NCBI GenBank assembly: GCA_964187785.1
Contig: OZ076412.1
Location: 80,354,001 to 80,418,000 of the forward strand
Source: Amphiscolops sp. MND2022
Lineage: Eukaryota
DNA: 64,000 nt
Direction of reading: 5' to 3'
Shown: in pieces, positions 52,444 through 63,389 of the stretch
Layout: every line of letters begins with the position of its first letter
Numbering within the stretch: position 1 is the first letter of the stretch
The notes under the pieces: model-generated
What the model saw: only the letters and a program-made list of their open reading frames with translations
Told to the model about the DNA's origin: nothing
Database searches by the model: none
Program-made: the position numbers and the translations under genes

Positions 52444-53068
52444 TTTGGTTTTTGATCACGTAGTTTTTTTGTTGCTGTTTCGTAGCTCTTTTCCTTACTT
52501 GGCTTAACTTTACTTGACGTTACTTTGAACTTTGAGCTGGTCTTCACTTTAAATACTTTGTGAGAATCTTGATATCTTTGAAGAGTGGTGATTATTGCTT
52601 TAAATTACTTTGAATTTGCTGTTCCAAATTTCGAAGACTGACGAAGACTGAATCGAATTACCTTTAATTGGTCTTTACAAGCTTTGAATCTTTGAATACT
52701 GATGAAGACTGCTTTGAGTCACTTTGAATTTCTCTTTACAAACTTTGAATCTTTGAAAATTGACGAAGATTGCTTTGATTCACTTTGAGGTTCCCTTTAA
52801 AAACTTTGAATGCTTCGATTTTTCAAGCTTTGGATGCTTGGGAATTTCTTGAACTTTGAAATATTTCGTATGCAGTGGAACGTATCCGGATTGACGTTAT
52901 AGCTTTGAAACTTTGAATGGGGAAAAATTTTTCCGAAAGCTTGTTTTTTTGTTTTTTGAAAGGTTGGGGGGTTTAAATAAGCTTGTTCTGAAAGTAATTG
53001 GCAAGCTTATTTTGTCAGTAAAGCATCGATTTTTTGTTGAATGAAAGTTGTGTATGGCCACCAAAAAA

Positions 53069-53200
53069 TGGTTTGAGTAAAGCAACTTGAATGAAGAGTC
53101 GAATTGAGAAAGAGTGAACAAACTAGAAAAGAGGTAGAAATAGAAGTCAATGAAAGTTTGAGTTTCAGAGCATGAAGTTTTGGAGTTTTTACTGTCAACA
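53069..53200 (-). repeat. 5' LTR
   Basis: Direct repeat of 46263-46394, followed on the minus strand by a PBS-like sequence resembling the complement of a tRNA-Ile 3' end. Confidence 0.9.
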
Positions 53201-54907
53201 TATACATATAAAAATTTTGAAAAATGAGAATTTTGAACAATCTCATAGTGCCGAAAAACTTAAAAGGGGAGACCCTTCGGGCTTTTTAAACTTCAGTTTG
53301 CTGCAAAATATCAAAAAAACTTTATTGGGGGACCCTTTGGAGACAAAAAAATTCGGAAAAAATGCGTTCGTGGGTTTAATTTTGAGTCCCCGCGTTTTTT
53401 TTGAGGCCCTCTAGTCTTATTTAGCTTTTAGTCGGCGCTTTTTGTTAAAACAAGACGGGAACGTCTAAAGTCGGCGCTATATCCAAGTCTCAAAAGCGCA
53501 AAGTTTTTAAAATTGTAAAAGGGGTGACCCTTTCGACTTTTTGAAAATCCAGATTGTTGCAAAATATCAAAAAAGTTGAAAGGGGACCCTTTGGAGACAT
53601 TTTTAAAAATTCGAAAAAATTTTTGGAAAAATTTTTGAAAAACGAAAAATGAGAATTTTGAAACAGTCTCACAGTGCCGAAAAACTAGAAAGGGGGGACC
53701 CTTTGGGCTTTTTGAAACTTGAGTTTGCTGCAAAATATCAAAAAACTTGAAGGGGGGACCCTTTGGCGACAAAAAAATTGAAAAAAGTCGCACAGTGCCG
53801 AAAACAATTCAAAGGGGGGACCCTATAGTCCCGTCCGGTTTTGTATCTTACGTTAAAAATTGAGTACACAAAAGGGGGGACCCTTTGCACTAACTTAGAT
53901 GCGTTCCCGTTTGCCGGTCCAGTAGTTTAGTAGTTCTGTCGAAAAAGTGTCCACAGTAGTATACGAATTCCCGATTCGGACCAGTCAAATATATTTTTTA
54001 AAAAAATGTTAATTATTTTTTTTTAAAAAATCAACGTTTTTTTCACAACTAACTGATAAAAAATAACCAAGGCAAATCATCAAAAACTAGCCTTTTTTCA
54101 CAACTAAAAAATTAACAAAATAAAAATCAATGAACAAATTTTTCCAGTGGAAAACTTTGTCATGAAGCAAAAATTCACTAACCTCTATGTTGCCGTGGAT
54201 GGTAATAGAGAAAATTTGTGTAGCAAAAATTTTTTGGAATGAATTACAGCAACGCTGGCTTAAAAGTATAACATGTGCAATTCAATTCATTTTTGCAGTG
54301 AAGTGTGCAATGCAGACAAATTGACATTTCACACTCGAGAAACATGAAAGAAACATCAAAGCAAATTTGCCAGAATTCGTGCCAGCCTGGCAAAAATTTT
54401 GGCAAAAATATTTTTGCTGGCAAAAATTTTGGCAAAAAATTTTCTCAGTGACAAACTTTTTGGCAAAAACTTTTATCGCTGACAATTTTTTAGCTCCTTT
54501 TTGCAACCATGAAGTTGTTCTAGTTCTTGTGAATTATACCTAATCTTAATACATGGGAAAACATTATTTACTCAATATCTCAACGGGAAACAATTTTAGA
54601 CAAAATTCACAGAAATAAAAGTTGTAGATAATTAAAAGTTACACAACTTTTGTCACTGAATGTTTTCTCTAAAATCAACCCACTAATTACCACCTATCAA
54701 AACAGGTGTAAGAATTGGGTTTTTCTCAATTTTCTCGAAACTGGTTTATCGCAGCGCAATGATACAGGAGAACAAAGTTATAGACAATAACAAGACACAC
54801 ATTTTACAAGTAGAAAATTTTATTGAACCCACAAAATTAAAATATTTTTTCACCAATTTTTTGAAAAATTATTGAAAAATTTTTAATTAAACTATTTTTT
54901 TTAATAA

Positions 54908-57900
54908 ATGGAAATGGAGAATTGTAGTATTTGTAATTTAAATTATAAAAAAGCTTTCAAGTCTGATCATTTAAAGTCAGTAAAACATCTTAAAAAATTA
55001 GATCAATATTATTGTAAAAAATGTAATTTATATATGCCTATCTCAGATAAAATTTCTCATTTAAGTTCAGATGAACATAAAAATAAAACCGAACAACGGC
55101 GTGTTTGGTGTGAAGATTGTAGTAAATATATATCTGATACAACAAGACATTTCCAAAGTGAAATTCATTTACAAAACCGTCAACGGGAAAACATGCAAAA
55201 TTTCGGTAATGGAGTAGAAATAATTATGAATGAAAATACATACATTAAATTGAAAGTAAATCCTACTGAAAATCTTGAACATAACATAAATGAATTACTT
55301 AGTAAAAATTATTTTCCCCGATATAAATATCAATTGAGTTATCTAGCTAAATTTTCAAAAATAGCCAATGGAGAAGAAGAAGTATTTAAAAGATGGATAA
55401 AATCAGATCTAACGTATAACAACACACAACAAGATACTCATAACACATTAATGCAGAAATTAGATGATGAACAATTAGAAGGATCAGGTTTTGTGTTTCA
55501 AGAAATAGAAGAAGTTATTTTAGAAATATATAAAGTTAATGATATTCAAGCTTCATCATATATTGAATTACCAGGAAAATATAAGGATAATAAATCAATC
55601 ATAAATATAAAGAATAATGATCAATATTGTTTTTTATGGTGTATTTTAGCCCAGTTGTATCCAGTTGAGAATCATAAAGATAGAATATCAAAATATATTA
55701 TTCATTTAAATAAACTCAACCTGAAAAGATTAGAGTTCCCTATGAAAGTTAAAGATATTCCCAAGTTCGAAAACCTAAATAATTTAAATATAAATGTATT
55801 TGAACTCACTGGAAATGTTTTACCACCAATCCACGTTAACAAAAATTACTTACAACCACAAATAGATTTATTATTATATCAAAATCACTATTGTTTAATA
55901 ACAAGGTTGCATTGTCTAATAAATAAAGATTCACATATGAAACATGTATGTAGAAGATGTTTAACAGCATTTAGTTCACAACCAGTTCTTATTGATCATA
56001 TGGAAAGATGTATAAAACAACAACCAACTAAAATCACATTCAGTTGGAAGGATCAGTTAAAGTTCGAAGATTATCATATGAAAGTTCCTGTACCAATAAG
56101 AGTATATGCAGATTTTGAATGTATCAATCAACCTCAAAATACCCCCAACGTGTTATTCAAACAAATTCCAATTGCAGTAGGATATTATGTAATTTCACCA
56201 TTCGGAAATTATTACTATTCATACTTTGGAACAGATTGTACCAAGTGGTTTGTAAATAGAATGTTAACTTTAGAAAAAATTGCATCAAAATATTTTAAAA
56301 CAAACTTAGAATTACAAATAACTCCTCAAGAAGAAGAATCATTCAAACTTGCAGAGGAGTGTTGGCTTTGTGAACAACCTTTTACTGAATATGAACAGCC
56401 AGTAAGAGATCATGATCATCTTACAGGCCGTTGCCGAGGAGCAGCTCATAATACATGTAACATAAATTGTAAACAAGTCATCAAGTTTTGTTCCTATATT
56501 TTTCCATATAGGAAAATTTTTCCATAACTTTTCTGGGTATGATTGTCATCTTATATTTGAAGAACTTTTAACCGAAGCATTCAATCAAAATTATAATCCA
56601 ACGATAATTCCAAAATCACTGGAAAATTATGTTAGTGTACAAGTAGGTTGTTTGAGATTCTTAGATTCATACCGATTTCTTTCTTCCAGTTTAGATAAAT
56701 TAGTTAAGAGTTTAGACAATTTTCCTATCATGAAATTGGAAGGAATGAGTGATGATTTATTTAAAAAGAAATTAGCTTATCCATATGAATACTTGAATCT
56801 TGATAACTTTCAGGAACCATTAAATCTAACCAAAGAAGATTATTGGTCAACATTAACACAATCCTATCCATCAGATGATGATATAAAAAGAACCCAAGAA
56901 TTAATTGATAAAAATAAAATTAAAAATGGAAGAGAATTAACAATGTTATACTTAAAAATGGATGTTCTTCAATTAGCTGATGTATTTGAAAACTTTGTGG
57001 AAAGTTCTACACGAGAATATAAAATTAATCCTTTGTGCTCTTATAGTCTACCTGGTTATACATGGAAAGCAGGATTGAAGTTGACTAATATAAAGTTAGA
57101 CTTTATAAAAGATACAGCGAAGCTGCCCTCCGGTAAAGAATTATTACTACTACTTGAAAATAATATCCGTGGAGGAATTTCAAGTGTAATGGGAGATCGT
57201 CATGTGCAATCTGATGAAAATAAACAAATCTTATATATCGATGCAAATAATCTATATGGATGGGCAATGAGTCAATATCTTCCTACTGGCGAATTCGAAA
57301 TATTACCTCTTAATCCGTGTAATTACACAGATAATTACAATCTAAAACAATTAGTAGAAGATTTATTACAAATACCTGATGATAATGAATATGGATTCTT
57401 TATAGAATGTGATTTAGAATATCCAGCTGATATTAAAGAAAAAACAAAAAACTTTCCTTTTTTCCGTATCAAACAAAAGCAGATCCAAACTTATTCTCAG
57501 GTTATATGAATAATGTGAATCAACCTAATTACAAACCAACATCAAAACTTATGTGTGATGTAACCAATAAATCGAAATATTTGATACATTATAGGATGTT
57601 TAAGTTTTATCTTAACCAAGGGATGAAAGTAACGAAGATAAATACAATCTACCGCTTAAAGCAAAGTCCATGGTTAGCAAAATACATTGATCATAACACC
57701 CAAAAACGCACAGTAACGAAAACAAACTTTGAAAAGGATCTTTATAAATTAATGAACAATGCTTTCTTCGGCAAGACAATGGAAAATGTAAGAGATAGAA
57801 CCAATCTAGATTTCATTGATCATTCTCAAATAGATCAAATAATAAAAAGACAATCCAAGTTAAGTTTCAAAGGAATCATGGATCATTATTCTAAGTTTAG

Positions 57901-58708
57901 TGTGTACAAGTTTGATAAAGAAAAAACAGTCTTTGATAAACCAATTTATTTAGGTTTTACAGTTCTGGAGTTGTCAAAACTATTAATGTATGAATTTTAT
58001 TATAACAAATTACAACCATATTGGAAACAATCCATACAACTACACTACATGGACACTGATAGTTTTATTCTGAGTTTTGATACAAACCACCAAGAACTAA
58101 TAAACTTTTTACAAGAAAACAAAGATGAATTTGATTTCAGTGAATTACACCCAAGTGATGAATTATATGATCCTATTAACAAAAAAGTTATAGGAAAAAT
58201 GAAAATTGAAACAAGTCCAGTTTTGGTGTTAGATACCTTCACAGCATTACGATCAAAGTCATATTCTCTTAGTTATAATAATAATAATAATAATAACATT
58301 CAAAAAGCGAAACAAAAAGGAATACAAAATGCTCCCAAATGTGAACACTACAAAAATTCATTGTTTAATTCAGAAACATCAAGTTCTACAAATATATCAA
58401 TTAGATCTAATTTACACAACCTTACAGTTGAAAAACAAAACAAACTAGCTTTGAATCCTTTTGACGATAAACGTTTGTATATAAATCCAATACAAAGTTT
58501 ACCATGGGATAAACACACCCAGAAAGGTGATTGTCCTTGTATATATTGTTTGAAATTAATTGGTTTGTATTATAGAGATTTAACTATAAATGTTGACGGT
58601 AGCAAGAAAACAGATGAAGAAATATATTGGAGTGTTTGGTATTGGAAACAAGCACTCACCCATCAACAACTTGTGAAGTTGATAAGAGATCGAGCACATG
58701 TTTTATAA
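54908..58708 (+). pseudogene. Protein-primed family B DNA polymerase, split by two frameshifts (about 56476 and 57462)
   Basis: YADFEC (ExoI), FHNFSGYD (ExoII), YIDANNLYGWAM, KLMNNAFFGK and YMDTDS. N-terminal C2H2 fingers and an EndoVII-like CWLC...VRDHDHLTG..RGAAH..CN insert. Confidence 0.93.
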
Positions 58709-58806
58709 AAATAAATATATCATTTTATAATTATTATTATTTATAAAAATAAATTTATTTATCATATCAGCAAAGCTGTATTATTAAATATTTAAATTAT
58801 ATTTAT

Positions 58807-60036
58807 TCATAATAAATCAAAATGCCTTTGTCCATCACTACTGATACTTATCAGTTTAGGTGTTAGGACTAGGGCATAAGCTATATAGTCTGCTACATCA
58901 ATGGCAGCATTAAATTTGAATTCTAATCTAATAGGTTGACTCCCGATGGGGTCTTTTTGTTTGGATAAATCAAATACATAGAAATTATAATTTGTCCTGA
59001 ATTTATGCAAATTAATAAACGGATTGAGTAGATTAGTTTCACTTTTTAACAAATAGAAGTTTTCAATTTCACTGTATGCTTGATCATATTTATCTCTATC
59101 ATAATCACATTCTATTCCATCATCTGGATATTTTTCTGATCCTATTTTACAAACAGCATTTGAAATAGGTAACCTATCAAATATTGCATTATCATGTGTT
59201 TGTGAATCAATTTTATTTCTAGCTTGAAAGCCAACAATTACAAAAGTTGGTGTTGATTCTCCACTATTACCTAATTCAAATGTCCAATTATTATTCGTGT
59301 TAACATCTTTTCTAAAAACAACTCGTTCAATATAATACAGTTCAGTTGGATCTTTGTCTAATATTTGATCCATCACGAGTTGTTGGTTTTCCATTGATGG
59401 TGTGTAGTGTGGAATGTACCAGGAGATATCTTTTATATTTATTTTTGCAGCATCTACACCATTGTCCCTTATAATGGGGTCGTTATTATTATTACGTTTT
59501 AATGTGAGACTGTAACCCAATCCATAAGTTATTTTTTCTTGATCAGCAAATCCAAACAAGTCTTTTAGTTTTATTCTAACAAAAAAGGTTCCTTTTTCTG
59601 TTTTATTGTTAGTTAGTTCTTGTCTTCTGATAGTACTACTTTCTTCAAACCCATACATCAATTGAGAAGTTTGTTGAGTGCTAGTTAAAAGTTTAATCAA
59701 TAAAGAGATGGGGTGCAAATTGTCAACTTTTTCTAGGTGTTTTCCCGAACTTGTTGTCAGCTTAGCTTCACTAAATAAAGCAACGGGCCCAAAGTTAACT
59801 AAACTTATTTGATCACCATCTGCATATCTTGTATCATCATTTTTAAGAACTTCAAATTCTAATGATATATATGAGTTTTGTAAACAAATATATGCATCTT
59901 CTCTTGGGAAGATGATGGAAATCTTTGAATTATTATTGTTGATTGTAGCTAAACTACTAGGTGAGTATTTAATAAAATCAATTTTATGAATAGGTTTATC
60001 CATAGCATATTTATTTTTCAATGAAAATAATTCCAT
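58807..60036 (-). CDS. Double jelly-roll major capsid protein (Polinton/adintovirus type)
   Basis: 409 aa, beta-strand-rich, with SYISLEFEV, LVNFGPVALFSE, PTFVIVGFQ, YVFDLSKQ and IRLEFKF; Polinton context. Confidence 0.8.
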   Translation of the reverse strand: MELFSLKNKYAMDKPIHKIDFIKYSPSSLATINNNNSKISIIFPREDAYICLQNSYISLEFEVLKNDDTRYADGDQISLVNFGPVALFSEAKLTTSSGKHLEKVDNLHPISLLIKLLTSTQQTSQLMYGFEESSTIRRQELTNNKTEKGTFFVRIKLKDLFGFADQEKITYGLGYSLTLKRNNNNDPIIRDNGVDAAKINIKDISWYIPHYTPSMENQQLVMDQILDKDPTELYYIERVVFRKDVNTNNNWTFELGNSGESTPTFVIVGFQARNKIDSQTHDNAIFDRLPISNAVCKIGSEKYPDDGIECDYDRDKYDQAYSEIENFYLLKSETNLLNPFINLHKFRTNYNFYVFDLSKQKDPIGSQPIRLEFKFNAAIDVADYIAYALVLTPKLISISSDGQRHFDLL

Positions 60037-60097
60037 TTAAATAGGAATAAAAATTAAGATTTAAATTTTATACTGATTTTATTTTTACTAAATAAAT

Positions 60098-60619
60098 TTA
60101 TCCTAAAAAAGTAAACTCAGAATTTAGTTTAGTTTTATTGTTTTTATACACATCGTATGTTTGTTTTAATTTGTTGTATTCATTCAGATCAATTTTATTA
60201 TCTTCTAAACATTTCGAATGTAGTTTTTGGTAGTCGTGTAGTGTTCTACCTGCAAGAGTATATTTTTTAATATTGTGTTGTTCTTTTCTTTTCAGGTACT
60301 CACCAAGAAGTTTACTGATTATACATAAACCTGCACCAATACCACTTGCTATAGGTACAACAACAAGTCCAACTCCTGTGACACTCAACGTGACACATGT
60401 TGATGATACTGCTAGTACTGAAACTCCATCAATAGATTGAATTAAACCGTTTATAATTTTATATATTTTAGATTTCTTCTTATACTTTTTAGCTTCATGA
60501 TTATAAAAATTTTGAATATCTTTTATATTTTGAATTGAATTATTAAAACTATTTATTTCTTTCAATCGCATATCAAGATTATCTGATTCACGTAAACAAG
60601 GATACAATTTTTCACTCAT
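60098..60619 (-). CDS. Small helical protein with central Gly-rich hydrophobic hairpin (putative membrane-active virion protein)
   Basis: 173 aa; VSVLAVSSTCVTLSVTGVGLVVVPIASGIGAGLCII flanked by basic helices; EKLYP motif at the N-terminus. Confidence 0.6.
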   Translation of the reverse strand: MSEKLYPCLRESDNLDMRLKEINSFNNSIQNIKDIQNFYNHEAKKYKKKSKIYKIINGLIQSIDGVSVLAVSSTCVTLSVTGVGLVVVPIASGIGAGLCIISKLLGEYLKRKEQHNIKKYTLAGRTLHDYQKLHSKCLEDNKIDLNEYNKLKQTYDVYKNNKTKLNSEFTFLG

Positions 60620-60643
60620 TTAATTTTAAATAAAAACTTAATT

Positions 60644-61351
60644 TTAGTTTTCAAAAAGTATAAAATTAATCTCAGTATCGGTTAGTTTCATTCTATATTT
60701 AAGATCAACAATATCTTTGTATTCATCTATTTTTAAGCACTTCAAAATATCTTCTCGCGTTGAATAGTCTAAGTCTGATAAGTAATACACACCATCTGAT
60801 GTTTGTATTTCGTTTCCGTATCTTTCCAACAAGTATTCATCACTAAAATATAAGTACTCATTAAAGATTTGGTCTTTATTTTCAAATGAGTCAAACAATC
60901 CTTTGTTGTATAGTAATTGAATAGTATCTTTGACTGCTTGATTTTTACATTTTTCCAATTCTACAAAAATGTTTCGTTCGAAGTGATTACGTAAAATGAC
61001 TTGTTGTTCATTGGCTTGTTTGACTGCTTCCGAAATAATTTCTTTTTTCTTTTCTAAAAATTTATTTTTAATATCTTGTTCTAAATACTTTAAATTTATT
61101 TTTATATCTTCTATACTCTTGTTAATGTCTAAGAATAACTTTGCATTGACTACGATATGTGTTTCACCGTTGTCAAATATAATTTGTAGGTTACCGAAGG
61201 TGTTTTGCATATCAAAATTTTCTAAAGTATTAGACAAATCATTAAGTTTCAAGTTAATTAATTTGGTTTGTGATTCCAATTCTTTTTCAAGATTCTCAAT
61301 CTTATCTTTTTGTAGGCTCTCGGCACTATAACCAAATTTATGAATTGACAT
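60644..61351 (-). CDS. Hypothetical coiled-coil protein of the Polinton
   Basis: 235-aa intact ORF rich in K/E/L heptads. Confidence 0.6.
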   Translation of the reverse strand: MSIHKFGYSAESLQKDKIENLEKELESQTKLINLKLNDLSNTLENFDMQNTFGNLQIIFDNGETHIVVNAKLFLDINKSIEDIKINLKYLEQDIKNKFLEKKKEIISEAVKQANEQQVILRNHFERNIFVELEKCKNQAVKDTIQLLYNKGLFDSFENKDQIFNEYLYFSDEYLLERYGNEIQTSDGVYYLSDLDYSTREDILKCLKIDEYKDIVDLKYRMKLTDTEINFILFEN

Positions 61352-61368
61352 TATTTATTTAATTATAA

Positions 61369-62244
61369 TTATTCAAATTTGTGGAAGATATTCATACTTT
61401 CTAACGTTTTGTTGTTAGATTTGAAATTGAATACACTTCTTAAAAGTTCTTGTTCATAATATTTTCTTTCAATTTGTTCGTTGCTTTCATCTACTAAACC
61501 ATACGTAACTGGGTTAGTTGGATTAATTTTATGTATTTTAAAAAGTTCTCTATTCCAATTTGTTGTATAACCTTTACTATATAAATTGCGTTTATCAGGA
61601 ACTCTTACATAGTCTCCCACTTGAAATTTGGGTTGTTTGTTTTTAAAATTATTACGCAGAGCGCCTTCGGTATTGTTAGGTATTAGTTTTTGATTAGTTG
61701 ACATTTCAAAAGGTGTCATCTTAGTAGTTCCATGGACACGATTATTATACTTTTGTAAAGCAGCATCAAGATGATTCAACCAACAAGCTTTTCCTTCAAT
61801 GTACATGGGTTCTTTAATTATGTCCAGAAGTGTTCTATTGAAACATTCAACAAAAGTTGCTTTTAAATCTGAATTCGTTGAATAAATTTGAATTTCGATT
61901 TGTTTAAGAAAATCCAAAAATGTTTTATTATAAAACTCTTTACCTCTATCTGACCAAATTTTATCAGGTTTTCTTTTTGCTTTTTCAATAAGACTTTTAA
62001 ATGCAGTTGTTGTACTTTTTCCTGATTTATCTTTAAGAGGAATTGCCCATGCATATTTAGTATGCTTGTCAAGTATTGTGAAAATAAACTTGTAGTTTTT
62101 GTTGTATTTGCTTAAGCTAGACCTGTCTATCAGATCAATACTCCAACACTCATCTTTGTAGTGAGTTTGTATTTGAATTCTTTGAAACTTCTTGATTACA
62201 GGAGAGAATATTTCTTTAGCAATTTCTTTCTTCTTTTCACTCAT
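61369..62244 (-). CDS. Retroviral-like DDE integrase (Polinton type)
   Basis: WSIDLID, KYAWAIPLK, SDRGKEF, VECFNRT, YNNRVH, KFQVGDYVRV and KGYTTNW. Confidence 0.93.
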   Translation of the reverse strand: MSEKKKEIAKEIFSPVIKKFQRIQIQTHYKDECWSIDLIDRSSLSKYNKNYKFIFTILDKHTKYAWAIPLKDKSGKSTTTAFKSLIEKAKRKPDKIWSDRGKEFYNKTFLDFLKQIEIQIYSTNSDLKATFVECFNRTLLDIIKEPMYIEGKACWLNHLDAALQKYNNRVHGTTKMTPFEMSTNQKLIPNNTEGALRNNFKNKQPKFQVGDYVRVPDKRNLYSKGYTTNWNRELFKIHKINPTNPVTYGLVDESNEQIERKYYEQELLRSVFNFKSNNKTLESMNIFHKFE

Positions 62245-62258
62245 TTATTTCCTAATAA

Positions 62259-63266
62259 ATGAATAAAAAATTATATTTAGGTTTATTATGTGTAATTTTT
62301 ATTATAATTTTGTGGGTGTATTGGTATTATATTAAACCTAATTATTATAAAAAATTATACCAAAAACTAAAACAATTCAAGGGATTTAAATATTCTCATT
62401 TAACTAACAAAGAAGAAGAACAAGAACTTACTCCACCAAACACAAGTACAAATAGTCACTTTTTAATATATGGTACTAGTGGATCAGGTAAGACTAGTTT
62501 CCTTAAGTATTATTTAGATCAAACTAAAACAAATTTTATAGTATTCGGTAGAGATGAAAATGAGTTTAAAGATAATTATATACCTTTGTTACAGTTAGAA
62601 AAAATAGAAATTGAATCACTTGCTAATAAAACGGTAATACTTGATGATGCAGGTGCTTATAAAAACCTTAAAACAAAAGTAGAAGATTTATTCCGGTTTG
62701 GAAGACATCATAATATACAAGTTATTTATCTTGCACATTATGCAAAGGATGTTCTACCTGTTGTTAGAGAAAATTGTTTTAAGATCTTCATAACAATTAA
62801 CAATCCAGATAGTTTCTTTGAAACCATAATACAAACTTATTCAATCAAAGAATTAAGGTGGAAACAATATCGTGACCAATTAGAATTTGGTGTAATTGAA
62901 TTTGATACTAGATCACAAAAGTATAAAATACTTAATGAAAAGTATCAACTAATCTACGATACAACTAAACATAAATGGAGTCCTGAAGATTCTGTAAAAT
63001 ATGAAAGTTATTTCTTTACAGGTGAAGAATATAATAAACTTAGAATATTCCTAGAAGAGATGTCAGATCAAACAATTGAAATAACACCTTTTAATGTAGC
63101 TTATTATTATGTATATTATTGTAAACAAAATAAAATAAAAGTGAATGAATCTAAAATACACAACTACGTTGAACGCATGCAACAACCACTAATTTCAGAT
63201 CAACTTAAAGAGGAATTTAAGAAAATTATAATTGATCAAGCAATCAGGTTTAGTAAAAGTAATTAA
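62259..63266 (+). CDS. A32/FtsK-like DNA packaging ATPase with N-terminal hydrophobic segment
   Basis: Walker A GTSGSGKT, Walker B VILDD, and FGRHHNIQVIYLAH. Confidence 0.85.
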   Translation: MNKKLYLGLLCVIFIIILWVYWYYIKPNYYKKLYQKLKQFKGFKYSHLTNKEEEQELTPPNTSTNSHFLIYGTSGSGKTSFLKYYLDQTKTNFIVFGRDENEFKDNYIPLLQLEKIEIESLANKTVILDDAGAYKNLKTKVEDLFRFGRHHNIQVIYLAHYAKDVLPVVRENCFKIFITINNPDSFFETIIQTYSIKELRWKQYRDQLEFGVIEFDTRSQKYKILNEKYQLIYDTTKHKWSPEDSVKYESYFFTGEEYNKLRIFLEEMSDQTIEITPFNVAYYYVYYCKQNKIKVNESKIHNYVERMQQPLISDQLKEEFKKIIIDQAIRFSKSN

Positions 63267-63291
63267 AAAATGGGTCTGATTTCTTAGTAAA

Positions 63292-63389
63292 AAATCACTA
63301 AGCAAATTCACTAAGAGCATATATTTTTCACTAAGCAAATAAGGTTACACTTAAAACATCATGCTCTTAGTGAATTTGCTTAGTGATTT
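63292..63389. repeat. 29-bp perfect inverted repeat with 40-bp spacer
   Basis: AAATCACTAAGCAAATTCACTAAGAGCAT (63292-63320) pairs with 63361-63389. Confidence 0.9.

Larger units (their letters stand above)
46263..53200 (-). mobile_element. BEL/Pao LTR retrotransposon
   Basis: Two 132-bp LTRs (TG...CA on minus strand), PBS-like TGGTGGCCATAC, PPT-like AAGGGGCCGG, and domain order Gag-PR-RT-RH-IN. Confidence 0.95.

Noticed and set aside
56470..57470. Programmed ribosomal frameshifting in pPolB
   Set aside because: The breaks fall inside conserved polymerase regions and accompany a local duplication; mutation or assembly error is simpler.
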